From Malacoraja senta (lineage: Eukaryota), in NCBI GenBank assembly GCA_038087875.1, contig CM075991.1, positions 8,620,001 through 8,684,000 on the forward strand: a stretch of 64,000 nt of DNA, in the 5' to 3' direction. Numbering within the stretch: the first letter of the stretch is position 1; each line of letters begins with the position of its first letter. The position numbers were made by a program, and so were the translations under genes. The notes under the pieces were generated by a model that did no database searches, was not told the DNA's origin, and was given only the letters and a program-made list of their open reading frames with translations. Below, one piece after another: positions 37,351 to 47,689 of this stretch.

Positions 37351-37931
37351 AGGGCCTGTCCCACTTGGACGACCTAATCCACGAGTCTAGAAGACCCTAG
37401 ATGAGTTGAAAAAAATGTCACGGTCGTGTTGACTCGCCGAAGTAAAAGACCTCCTAGGACCTGCTATGACTATGTCTACGACCTCCCACGACTATGTCTA
37501 GGACCTCCTACGACTATGTCTACGACCTCCTACGACCCCCGTCGATCTCAGTCTTCCACACCTAAGACCGACTACGACTAGAATGGAAAATGATCAGATG
37601 ATAAACTTATGTCATTTTTGCATTTTTATACTCGGGCCAGTTACCGACCTACGACTACCCACGACCTACTCCGACCTACCTACGACTTACCTACGAGTAA
37701 AAAGTATCAATTTTTTCCATGCCAAGCTTTTCTTTACTCGTGGACATTATTTTTCAGGCTGGAAAAAACGCCGCGACCTACCTGAGGCCACGAGTACGCG
37801 GAGACCACTCACGAGCACGAGGAAGAGTTACGAAGACCTCCTACGACCTCGTGGCGACCATGCTGCGAGTACGAGTCAAGGGCAAACTCAGCAGAGGTCG
37901 CCAATTAGGTCATGAAAGTGGGACAGGGGCT
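37351..37931. mobile_element. PIF/Harbinger-type MITE
   Basis: Same TIR; subterminal ACGACCT/ACGACTA repeats; flanks TAA/TTA. Confidence 0.82.
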
Positions 37932-38076
37932 TTAGTCATTCAGCAATGAAACAAGACCTTCGGCCCGACTGACCCATGTCAACCAAAATGCTTCATCCGC
38001 TTTAGCGTTTGGCCCATATCCCTCTAAATCTTTCCAATCTGTGAACCTGTCCAAATGTCTTTTAAATATTGTTATG

Positions 38077-38495
38077 TGACGTTTCAGGTCAAGACCCTTC
38101 TTCAGACTTCAGACCCTTCTTCAGACTTCAGACCCTTCTTCAGACTGGTTATGGATGAGGGAAATCAGAGATATAGACAATGATGTAGAGAGATAAAGAA
38201 CAATGAATGAAAGATATGCAAAAAAGTAACGATGTTAAACGGGGCCATTGTTAGCTGTTTGTTGGGTGAAAACGAGCAGCTAGTGCAAGTTGGGTGGGGG
38301 AGGGATAGAGTAGAGGGAATGCCGGGGCCACCTGAAGTTAGCGAAATCAATTTTCATACCACTGGGCTGTAAGCTGCCCAAGCGAAATATGAGATGCTGT
38401 TCCTCCAATTTGCGTTTAGCCACAACGGAGGAGACCTGGGACAGAAAGGTCTGTGTGGGAATGGGAAGGAGAATTAAAGTGTTTGGCAACCAGGG
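38077..38495 (-). mobile_element. Penelope-like element 3' fragment
   Basis: VAKHFNSPSHSHTDLSV / KRKLEEQHLIFRLGSLQPSGMKIDF (GIY-YIG C-terminus), UTR and pLTR with a 19-bp stutter at 38090-38146. Confidence 0.82.
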
Positions 38496-39063
38496 AGATC
38501 ACTCCCAACATACTTGTGGTATAATTTTGTGGAAATATATAAACAAATAATGAATGGAATATAATGATGTAATTGGATGTGTGACTCCAGCATGTGTTAG
38601 TTGTCTCCAACAGTGGAATTAACACATTAGCTGAAGTCGTGCAAGAAGAGGATTTAGTCACGTGTACCGAGGTACAGTGAAAAGCTTTTGTTGTGTGCTA
38701 ACCAGTCAGCAGAAAGACAATACATGATTACAATCGATCCATTTGCCGTATATAGTTACATGATAAGGCAATAACGTTTAGTGCAAGGTAAAGCCAGTAA
38801 AGTCCGATCAAGGGTAGTCCGAGGGTCACCAAAGAGGTAGATACTAGTTCAGCACTGCTCTCTGGTTGTGGTAGGATGATTCAGTTGCCTGAAAACAGCT
38901 GGGAAGAAACTGTCTCTAAATCTGGTTGTGTGCGTTTTCAAACCTCTACACCAAATAGTGAATGGAATATAATAATGTCATTGCATGTGTGATTCCAACA
39001 GTGGATTTAACACATTAGCTGACGTCATGCAAGAAAAGGATTGCATGTTTAATTCTGCAGCAG

Positions 39064-39290
39064 TGTTTAAGAAGGGACTGCAGATGCTGGAAAATCGAAG
39101 GTAGACAAAACTGCTGCAGAAACTCAACGGGTGCAGCAGCATCTATGGAGCAAAGGAAATAGGCAACGTTTCGGGCCGAAACCTTTTTTCAGACTGAAGA
39201 AGGGTTTCGGTCTGAAGAAGGGTTTCGGCCCGAAACGTTGCCTATTTCCTTCGCTCCATAGATGCTGCTGCACCCGCTGAGTTTCTCCAG
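39064..39290. mobile_element. Fold-back pLTR unit with hammerhead cores on both strands
   Basis: 14-bp TSD TAATTCTGCAGCAG (39050-39063 / 39291-39304); inverted arms. Confidence 0.82.
39212..39239 (+). ncRNA. Minimal hammerhead ribozyme motif (representative copy)
   Basis: CTGAAGA-A-GGGTT-TC-GGCCC-GAAA-CG-TT: CUGANGA and GAAA core boxes, stem II and palindromic stem III; stem I is weak. Confidence 0.6.
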
Positions 39291-39849
39291 TAATTCTGCA
39301 GCAGAATTGGAGAGACATTTTACAGGTGTGCACATGGTGAAATTATACATATGTGTAGGAAGGAACTGCAGATGTTGGTTTAAACCGAAGATAGACACAA
39401 AATACTGGAGCAACTCAGCGGGACAGGCAGCATCTCTGGAGAGAAGGAATGGGTGACGTTTCAGGTCGAAACGCCACCCATTCCTTCTCTCCAGAGATGC
39501 TGCCTGTCCCGCTGAGTTACTCCAGCTTTTTGTTGCAATTATAAACATACTCCTTTGAAACATGGGATCAAAGTAGAAAGGGAGAAAAACTCTCCACGAT
39601 ACATCATTGGCATAATACTTTCACAAGTCAATTGCCTTTGTGCTTAGTGCTAGCTTTGATGTTCGCTCATAATGCATTTCTTCCAACATTATTATTTCTT
39701 GCTTGTGTTTACGGGTTTATACAGCTCTGTGCAACATCACTGTTTGTGGCTGGCTGTTGTGTTGTGTTGACTTTCAAAGAGCCCCTTCTTTCGAAGCACC
39801 ATGCATCCCCATTCTCCAGCGCCGAAGTGTTTATTGATTAAAAGAAAAT

Positions 39850-40660
39850 TCGGAGCTCAAAATTAACGAACAAATTTACCACTTGCAACATTGGCATGCG
39901 TGGAATCACGCGGCTCTCCGCACTGTTCTCACTCCCTGTCTTCCAGCGAGCAGCCGTAGTCAGCATCGAAGCCGCGTCTCTGGCGCTATAAGCAAGAGCG
40001 GAACTCGCTATCGAAAGATGGAGGGGATGGGGGACACAAATTTTTGGTGTCCGCGCGCGCACGCGCACACTCACACACACGCACGAGGCTTCAGAGGCTC
40101 AATCCAGCGCTAAATGCAGCTCAACTCTGCCTGTATCACCGGGTTAACTACAGCCCTGGCTGGACTGACGGGATACCAGCGCTGCTTCTCCGCGCTGGCC
40201 ATATTTCCCGCAAGTCCAGCAAGGGCTGTAGGCTCACCTGGCGGGACAGGCAGAGTTGACCTGGTTTAGCGCTGCTTCTCTGCGCTGGCTGTGGGCCTGG
40301 GGGGCACCTCGCCGGTCTGATTCCCCACCAAAGATCCTATAGCGGAGGATCTTTGCTGCCGACCTCTCTGGCCACCCGTGGGGGGGGGGCCACTCAGGTG
40401 GGGACGGGACAGCTCCGGAGACCCGGCCGGGATCGATCCTGCCTGCGGATGAGGCGCAGGTCTGTGCCACGTCTCCCTCCTCCAATCGCCGCGCTCTATC
40501 CTCAGGCCCACCCCCCCACTCCTCCCTCCTCCAATCATCGCGTTGAATTATCATGTCCCGCCCCCATTGCCTGCTGACCGACGTCTCTCTCGTCCAATCG
40601 GCGCCCTCGATCTTCAGTCCCACCTCCACTGTCTCGCGGAAAGCGGAGATTTCATCGGGT
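39850..40660 (-). promoter_or_regulatory. CpG-island promoter with putative non-coding first exon
   Basis: Non-repeat CpG-dense block; CCAATC at 40482, 40531 and 40594; GC box CCCGCCCC at 40557; E2F site TTTCCCGC at 40204-40211; minus-strand donor CAG|GTGAGC at 40238/40237. Confidence 0.6.
40329..40355. mobile_element. 27-bp remnant (fused ends) of the P-like MITE
   Basis: CAAAGATCCTATAGCGG + AGGATCTTTG are the exact left and right termini of 36394-36788. Confidence 0.8.
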
Positions 40661-40824
40661 TTTAAAATCCGGATCACAAAAACTTGGGGGGGATGTCCCC
40701 CACCTCTCAAAACATGGGGGGGGGGACTTGTCCACTCTGGCCCCCCCGGGTTTTCCGCTCCTGGCTAAGACAGCAACTCTACCACTGCGCCACCCGAAAC
40801 TGAGCTTACTTCGAATCAGTAGTA

Positions 40825-41465
40825 AGGAAGGCAAATTCAATGCTAGCATTTATATCAAGAGGACTGGAATACAAAAACAGAGATGGAACACTGAGGCTCT
40901 ATCGGGCGCTGGTCGGGCCGTATTTGGAGTACTGAGAGCATATTTGGGCCCCATATCTGAGGAAGGATGTGCTGGCTCTGGAGATGGTCCAGAGAAAGTT
41001 TACAAGAAAGATTCCAGGGATGAGTGGGTTCGCATATGATGAGCGTTTGACAGCACTGGGCCTCTACCCGCTGGTGTTTAGAAGGTTGAGGGGGGACCTT
41101 ATTGAAACTTACAGAATAATGAAAGGCATAGATAGAGTGGATGTGAAAAGGATGTTTCCACTGGTGGGAGAGTCTAGGACCAGAGGCCATCGCCTCAGAA
41201 TTAAAGGGCTCTCTTTTTGAAAGGAGGTGAGGAGGAACTTCTTTAGTCAGAGGGTAGATAATCTGTGGAACTCATTGCCACAGAGGGCTGGGGAGGCCAA
41301 GTCAGTGGATATTTTTAAGGCAGGGATAAACAAATTCTTGATTAGAACGGGTGTCCAGGGTTATGGGGAGAAGGCAGGAAAATGGGATTAGGAGGCAGAG
41401 ATGGTGGAGTAGACTTGATGGGCCGAATGGCCTAATTCCACTCCTATACCTTGTGAACATGTGAG
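40825..41465 (+). mobile_element. CR1 LINE, 5'-truncated
   Basis: VQRKFTRKIPGM..RLRGDLIETY..TRGHRL; tail. Confidence 0.88.
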
Positions 41466-42094
41466 CTGGTCCCATTTGCCTGCATTTGGCCCTTATCCTT
41501 CTGGGCCTTTTCTATCCATGTATTGTTCTAAATGTCTTTTAAACATTATAATAATACCATCCCCACGGCTTCCACTGCCGTTCGTTCTATATGCGTATCG
41601 CCCTTTGTGGTAAAAAGTTGCCCGCTCATGACCCTTTCAAATCTTTTGAACCCCGCAAGCACTTGCTCGGAGTAAGTTTCTTTTCCTCCATTATACACCC
41701 TAATCCTACAATTACCTTAGATTCAAGCTTGTTAATTACTACCCATTAAGTTATCAGATTCTTTCTGTTCAACTGATCCAGAAGTTTCACGATTCCACAT
41801 ACATTCAACATCCTGACAATCTTCCAAAGAAATGCATCCCAACACAGAAAACGTTTTCACTAAAATATTAAAATCTTTTATATTAGAACTAGCTCACGGG
41901 GAAATCGTTATATCAACGATTATAAAATAGTATCAGTATTTCCAGTTCAGTAAGTTTCTCATAAGCCACCTTCAAATGAGCAGAAAGCAGACATGAAACA
42001 AGGGCAGAGAATGCTTGGCTTTGAAATTTGTGCACATTCTCTTTCCACTGGGGATATTGTGTTTTGGAAGCACAATGATTTTCTAAGTCAGGCT

Positions 42095-42185
42095 GACATA
42101 AATGCTGGAGAAACTCAGCGGGTGAGGCAGCATCTATGGAGCGAAGGAAATAGGCGACGTTTCGGGTCGGGACCTTTCTTCAGAC
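42095..42185 (-). mobile_element. Solo 91-bp pLTR/hammerhead unit
   Basis: 15-bp TSD TTTCTAAGTCAGGCT (42080-42094 / 42186-42200). Confidence 0.75.
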
Positions 42186-42745
42186 TTTCTAAGTCAGGCT
42201 TGTCAGTCTGAAGAATCAATTCAATTCAATTCAATTCAATTCAACTTTAATGTCATTGCACAAATACTGAGTATGGGTACAACGAAATGCAATTTTGCGT
42301 CAGTCCGTAGTAGTAGTGCAATATAGAAATTTAAAAAAAAATTAAAAAATTAAAATAAATTAAAAAAAAGAGGATACAGAATAATCAAAAATACAGAATA
42401 ATTAACAATGGGGACGGAGGGACCGGAGGAATCTATCGGCGGGACTCCGAGTTCAGCAATGCGACGGTATAATTGTGGAAGCTGTTCCTCATCCTACTGG
42501 TACGAGACCTGAGGCTCCTGTACCGCCTCCCTGATGGGAGGAGGGCAAACAGTCCATAGTTGGGGTGGGGAGGCTGCCTGACCCATTGAGTTACTCTAGC
42601 ACTTTGTGCCTTCGCTAGTAAATCATCATCTGCAGTTCCATATTTCTACTTTCTATGATCCTCTGCATTTATCGGATATTCTTGCCTCCATTGGAGCATG
42701 TTGGCCAAGGACTAAGAACACCTTTTGGCCAGGGTAATTCCACTT

Positions 42746-43257
42746 ACTCCCCCGTTGGATTGCAACCTTGTCGTGGTCGGGGAGCGTGTGTGTCTCAGTG
42801 ACCCCTAGAGCTATGCCAGCGGGAGATTCGTCTCCTATTAGGGTCTCCCATGCTGGACAGGTCGAAGGGTAGAGGCGAGACGAAGAGCGATCCACTGGTC
42901 CTCCAGGTTGGAGGTTGAGTACGGGGCTAACAACCCTGTCTCGTAGAACAAATATGTTACGGAAACAGCAACTGAAGGAATCAACACTACTGGCCGTGAT
43001 GGACTTCCAGGGCTATCGACAGATGCTGGGATGAATACAGCATCCCAAGAATAGCCCTGCACTGGACACCGGAAGGGAAAATGAAAAGAGGGAGAACCAA
43101 AACCACCTGGCGTCGAACTGTAGAGGAGGAAATGAAAACAATGGACCTGACCTGGGGTAGTGTCCAGAAGCTAGCCCAGAACAGACAGGAGTGGAGGACC
43201 TTCATTGCTGCCCTACATGCCAGGAGGCTGAATAGGAAATAAGTAAGTAAGTAAGTC
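42746..43257 (+). mobile_element. Bipartite non-autonomous RTE element
   Basis: RTE-type 5' UTR (CAACCTTGTCGTGG..GGGCTAACAACCC) fused to the ORF end SIPRIALHWTPEGKMKRGRTKTTWRRTV..AQNRQEWRTFIAAL and a (TAAG)n tail; TSD ATTCCACTT / ATTTCACTT. Confidence 0.82.
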
Positions 43258-43455
43258 ATTTCACTTGCCGAAGAGGGTCAGAATTGGCTGAAATTCCTTT
43301 GAAGACTACCTACGGCATAGGCTCCCATTATTAGTTATCTAAAGACACAAAAAGCTGCAGTATACCCCTCCATTGAACTTTGTCTGAAGAAGGGATCCGA
43401 TCCGAAACGTCACCTATTCCTTTTCTCCACAGATGCTGTCTGACCCGCTGAATTA

Positions 43456-43640
43456 TGGGCCTGTCCCACTTAGGCAATTTTTTTAGGCGACTGCCGGCGA
43501 ATACGACAATGGAATTCACCGAAGTCAGCATCGGCGACAACCTATGTCACCTGGCAACCACCTACAAATCCTGGCGACAATCTACGACTGCACCTACGTC
43601 TGTAGTCGCCTAAAAAATAGGCCTAAGTGGGACAGGCCCT
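43456..43640. mobile_element. PIF/Harbinger-type MITE (185 bp)
   Basis: TTA TSD (43453-43455 / 43641-43643) within a pLTR. Confidence 0.85.
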
Positions 43641-43676
43641 TTACTCCAGCTTTTTGTGTCTGAAGATAAGGTAACA

Positions 43677-44015
43677 TGTTCCCGATGTTGGGGGAGTCCC
43701 AGAACCAGGGGCCACAGTTTAAGAATAAGGAGTAAGCCATTTAGAACGGAGTCGAGGAAACACTTTTTCTCACAGAGAGTGGTGAGTCTGTGGAATTCTC
43801 TGCCTCAGAGGGCGGTGGAGGCAGGTTCTCTGGAGGCTTTCAAGAGAGAGCTAGATAGGGCTCTTAAAAATAGCGGAGTCAGGGGATATGGGGAGAAGGC
43901 AGGAACGGGGTACTGATTGGGGATGATCAGCCATGATCACATTGAATGGCGGTGCTGGCTCGAAGGGCCAAATGGCCTACTCCTGCACCTATTGTCTATT
44001 GTCTATTGTCTATTG
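43677..44015 (+). mobile_element. CR1 LINE 3' fragment
   Basis: TRGHSLRIR..FFSQRVVSLWNSLP; (CTATTGT)n tail. Confidence 0.88.
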
Positions 44016-45572
44016 TTAATTCAGCCCGGACTCATGTAGGCTTGAAAGGCTTCTTTGATTCTCTGCTTCCTTGAACCTTCTGTGACAAGGTTGTCCAGGC
44101 CAAGCTGTCCATGTGGCACAAACATGCACCATAGGGTTAACACAGCCAAGGCAGGCTCCTTCTGACACAAAGGACCCATTTCAATTTTCACCGTCAATAG
44201 CCATTTCGTAGCGAAAAAGCCGCACATCGTGAATAAAGCCTACAGGCCTCTGAATAAAAATCACTCTGACCTAAACTTCACGTCTATTAATTTCAGCAGC
44301 AATAAGCTTCAGATGAATGCAGGTGTCCATTTGAGCAGCAAGTTTCATGCTGCTTCCCCGAGCAGTGAACAATGACCTGTCCACATATATTTTAGTGCCT
44401 TAGAGCAGGGAAACAGGCCCTTTAGTCCCATCTTGTCTCTGCCAAGCAAGTTGGCACACCGGGCTAGTTCCATTTACCTGCATTTGGCCCATAACCTTGC
44501 CAAACCTTCAGAACGGGTGTCTGGAGATACCACACCAGCCCAGGTGACTATGTGCCTGCCCGCCACTGAAGCAGATCTAAGATTCAAGATTCAAGAGAGT
44601 TTATTGTCATGTGTCCCTGATAGGACAATGAAATTCTTGCTTTGCTTCAGCACAACAGAACATAGTAGGCATTGACTACAAAACAAAATATGTGTCCATA
44701 TACCATTATATAAATATATACACACATCAATAAATAAACTGATAAAGTGCAAATAACAGATAATGGGCTATTAATGTTCAGAGTTTTGTCCGAGCCAAGT
44801 TTAATAGCCTGATGGCTGTGGGGAAGTAGCTATTCCTGAACCTGGTCGTTGCAGTCTTCAGGCTCCTGAACCTTCTACCAGAAGGTAGCAGGGTAATACA
44901 AGCACATATTACAATCACTCCACACTCTTAAATCTCTACTCCTACAGCAACATTTCCTACTACACTGTAAATGGCTTGAGTGTAATCAAGTGGACACAGA
45001 AAGCTGGAGTAACTCAGCGGGACAGGCAGCATCTCTGGAGAGAAGGAATGGGTGACGTTTCGGGCCGAGACCCTTCTTCAGACCGATTGTGATCATGCAT
45101 TGTCTTCAATGCCGACTGGATAGCACGCAACAAAAGTTTTTCACTGTACCTCGGTAATAAACTAAACTGGAATTGAAGCTGAGAGAGTCAGGCTGGAGAT
45201 CCAGTGTGGTCTGTGTGGAGTTTGCATGTTCTTCGTTTCCCCGGGTGCTCAAGTTTCCTCCACTTCCCAAAATCGAGCTGGTTGGTCAGTTAGACGGGCG
45301 GCTGTAAATCGTTCTTAGTGTCAAGGTGCATGGTGAGAATCTGAGGGAAATTGATGGGAATGCTGGGAGAAAGGGTCAAGGGGGAACTAACGGAAGAATA
45401 GGATTGAAGATTCAAGATTCAAGAGAGTTTATTGTCATGTGTCCCAGACAGGACAATGAAATTCTTGCTTTGCTTCAGCACAACAGAATATAGTAGACAT
45501 TGACTACAAAACAGATCAGTGTGTCCATATACCATTATATAATGTACATTATATACAGTGTGTCCATATACC

Positions 45573-46042
45573 GATCTACATCGGTGAGACCAAGCGGAGG
45601 CTTGGCGATCGTTTCGCCGAACACCTCCGGTCGGTCCGCAATAACCAACCTGACCTCCCGGTGGCTCAGCACTTCAACTCCCCCTCCCATTCCGTATCTG
45701 ACCTCTCTGTCCTGGGTCTCCTCCATGGCCACAGCGAGCAACACCGTAAATTGGAGGAAATGCACCTCATATTCCGCTTGGGCAGTCTACATCCTGGGGG
45801 CTTGAACATTGAATTCTCCCAATTCTGCTAGCCCTTGCTGTCCCCTCCCCTTCATCAGCCCTCTGGTTGTCTCCTCCCCTCCCCCAGCCCTCGGGCTCCT
45901 CCTCCACCTTTTTTCCTTTTTTCCTTTCTTCTCCCCACCCCCTATCAGTCTGAAGAAGGGTTTCGGCCCAAAACGTTACCTATTTCCTTCGCTCCATAGA
46001 TGCTGCTGCACCCGCTGAGTTTCTCCAGCATTTTTGTGTACC
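45573..46042 (+). mobile_element. Penelope-like element, 5'-truncated: GIY-YIG endonuclease end, UTR and pLTR
   Basis: Open frame 45577-45831 YIGETKRRLGDRFAEHLRSV..PVAQHFNSPSH..RKLEEMHLIFRLGSLHPGGLNIEF; hammerhead-type core at 45950-45977 with GAAA mutated to AAAA. Confidence 0.9.
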
Positions 46043-46292
46043 TACCATTATATAAATATATACACACATGGATAAAGTTCTGAGTGTTTTCCAATCAGAA
46101 GCCTTGGATGAACTTTGAGATCCGCACTCTTCTGAAGACCAGACACCGGGCATTCATGTCTGATGCTACAGTGGTCTACAAGAAGTCCAGATACGAACCT
46201 TGGTAAGGCCACCATAAAGAATGTTCCGATGGCTAGCATAGACCCAATGGATCGAACGGCCTTCTTCTGTGCGATAAGGAAATATGAAATCG

Positions 46293-46586
46293 AGGCGGCA
46301 CAGTGGCGCAGTGGTAGAGTTGCTGCCGTACAGCGCCAGAGACCCGGGTTCGACCCCGATTATGGATGCTGCCTGTGTGGAGTTTGGATGTTCCTTCCGT
46401 GGGTTTTCTCCAGGTGCTCCGGTTTCCTCCCACACCCAAAGACGTACAGGTTTGTTGGCTACTTGGCTTGGCTAAAATTGTAAATTGTCCATAGTGTGTG
46501 TAGGATGGTGCTAGTGTGTGGGGATCGCTGGTCGGCGCGCTGATGGGCCGAAGGGCCTGTTTCCGTGCTGTATCTCCAACTAAACT
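46293..46586 (+). mobile_element. HE1-type V-SINE, full length
   Basis: Head GGCGGCACAGTGGCGCAGTGG..GGTTCGACCC, V-domain and tail. Confidence 0.85.
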
Positions 46587-47284
46587 GAAGGTGTTTGGGA
46601 TAACGCTGGCACGTTAAGCTGCCGCTGCTCTCTCTGAATAATGTGTTGTTGATGGCCCTACTTTTTTTTTGTTTTATTCTGCTTATATGTTTTGTAATCT
46701 GCTTATTAAATTTTGTAAGGCGTCCTTGAGAGTCTTTGACAGGCGCCCACAAGTATAATGTTAATAATAAATAATAATAATAATAATATATCCAAGGTAT
46801 ACTTGTGGCTTCATGTACAGAGAAGGTTTCTTCCTGTTCCAGTCCACTGGTGTTAATCCTTTCCTTAATGAGCTCCCCACAATAACCTGGGTATTCTGCA
46901 GCAGCCCAGAGAGACAGACACAACGCCTGCCCACACACTACACTCCATGGCTCAGGTGATCGGGGGGAAGGCAAACATCACCTCCACCCCATTGATTCCA
47001 GCCGACAGGGCAGCGGGAAGGGAAGGTCATAGCTAGTAACCTGGAGCACTGGAGAACTGAGAAATGAACAATGTCACAGAGTCTTACAACACGATCTGGA
47101 AACTAACTCTAAACTCTGAACTCTCAGCACCGCCTCCCCACAGCGGCACATTCGCCCAGCCACGGCTTCACAACTCATGGTTTGTTACAGGTGGAAGCAG
47201 CAGGTCTTTTCCTTCCCCACCCCCTCTATAACTCTCTCTCTCCTCTCCTCTATCATTCTCTCACTCTCCCCCATAACACACACA

Positions 47285-47287
<3 letters not shown>

Positions 47288-47329
<42 letters not shown>

Positions 47330-47655
47330 CCTCTCCCTCTCCCTCTCCCTCTCCCTCTCCCTCTCCCTCTCCCTCTCCTCTCTCTCTCCCTCTCCCTCTC
47401 CCTCTCCCTCTCTCCCCCTCTCCCCCTCTCCCCCTCTCTCCTCTCTCCCTCTCCCTCTCTCCCTCTCTCCCTCTCTCCCTCTCCCTCTCCCTCTCCCTCT
47501 TCCCCTCTCCCTCTCCCTCCCTCTCTCCCCCCCTCTCTCTCTCTCCCCCTCTCCCTCTCCCTCCCTCTCTCTCTCTCCCCTCTCTCTCTCTCTGTTCCTG
47601 TCTCTCTCTCTCCACCTCTCTCTCTCTGTCCCTGTCTCCCACTCCCTCTCTCTCG
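47288..47655 (+). repeat. (CT)n/(CTCTCC)n pyrimidine tract
   Basis: Directly visible. Confidence 0.95.
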
Positions 47656-47689
47656 CTCACACCCCCCCTCACAGTGGATAGATACTCTC

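Noticed and set aside
39873..39891. ATTTACCACTTGCA shared with 21303-21316, suggesting duplicated exons
   Set aside because: A 14-nt match is expected by chance in a 64-kb self-comparison and the flanks do not align.
46293..46365. tRNA genes
   Set aside because: All A/B-box sequences are SINE heads running into the V-domain; no full cloverleaf or terminator.
46803..46896. Possible minus-strand exon (EYPGYCGELIKERINT..)
   Set aside because: Weak donor (GTATAC), unrecognised peptide and no partner exons.
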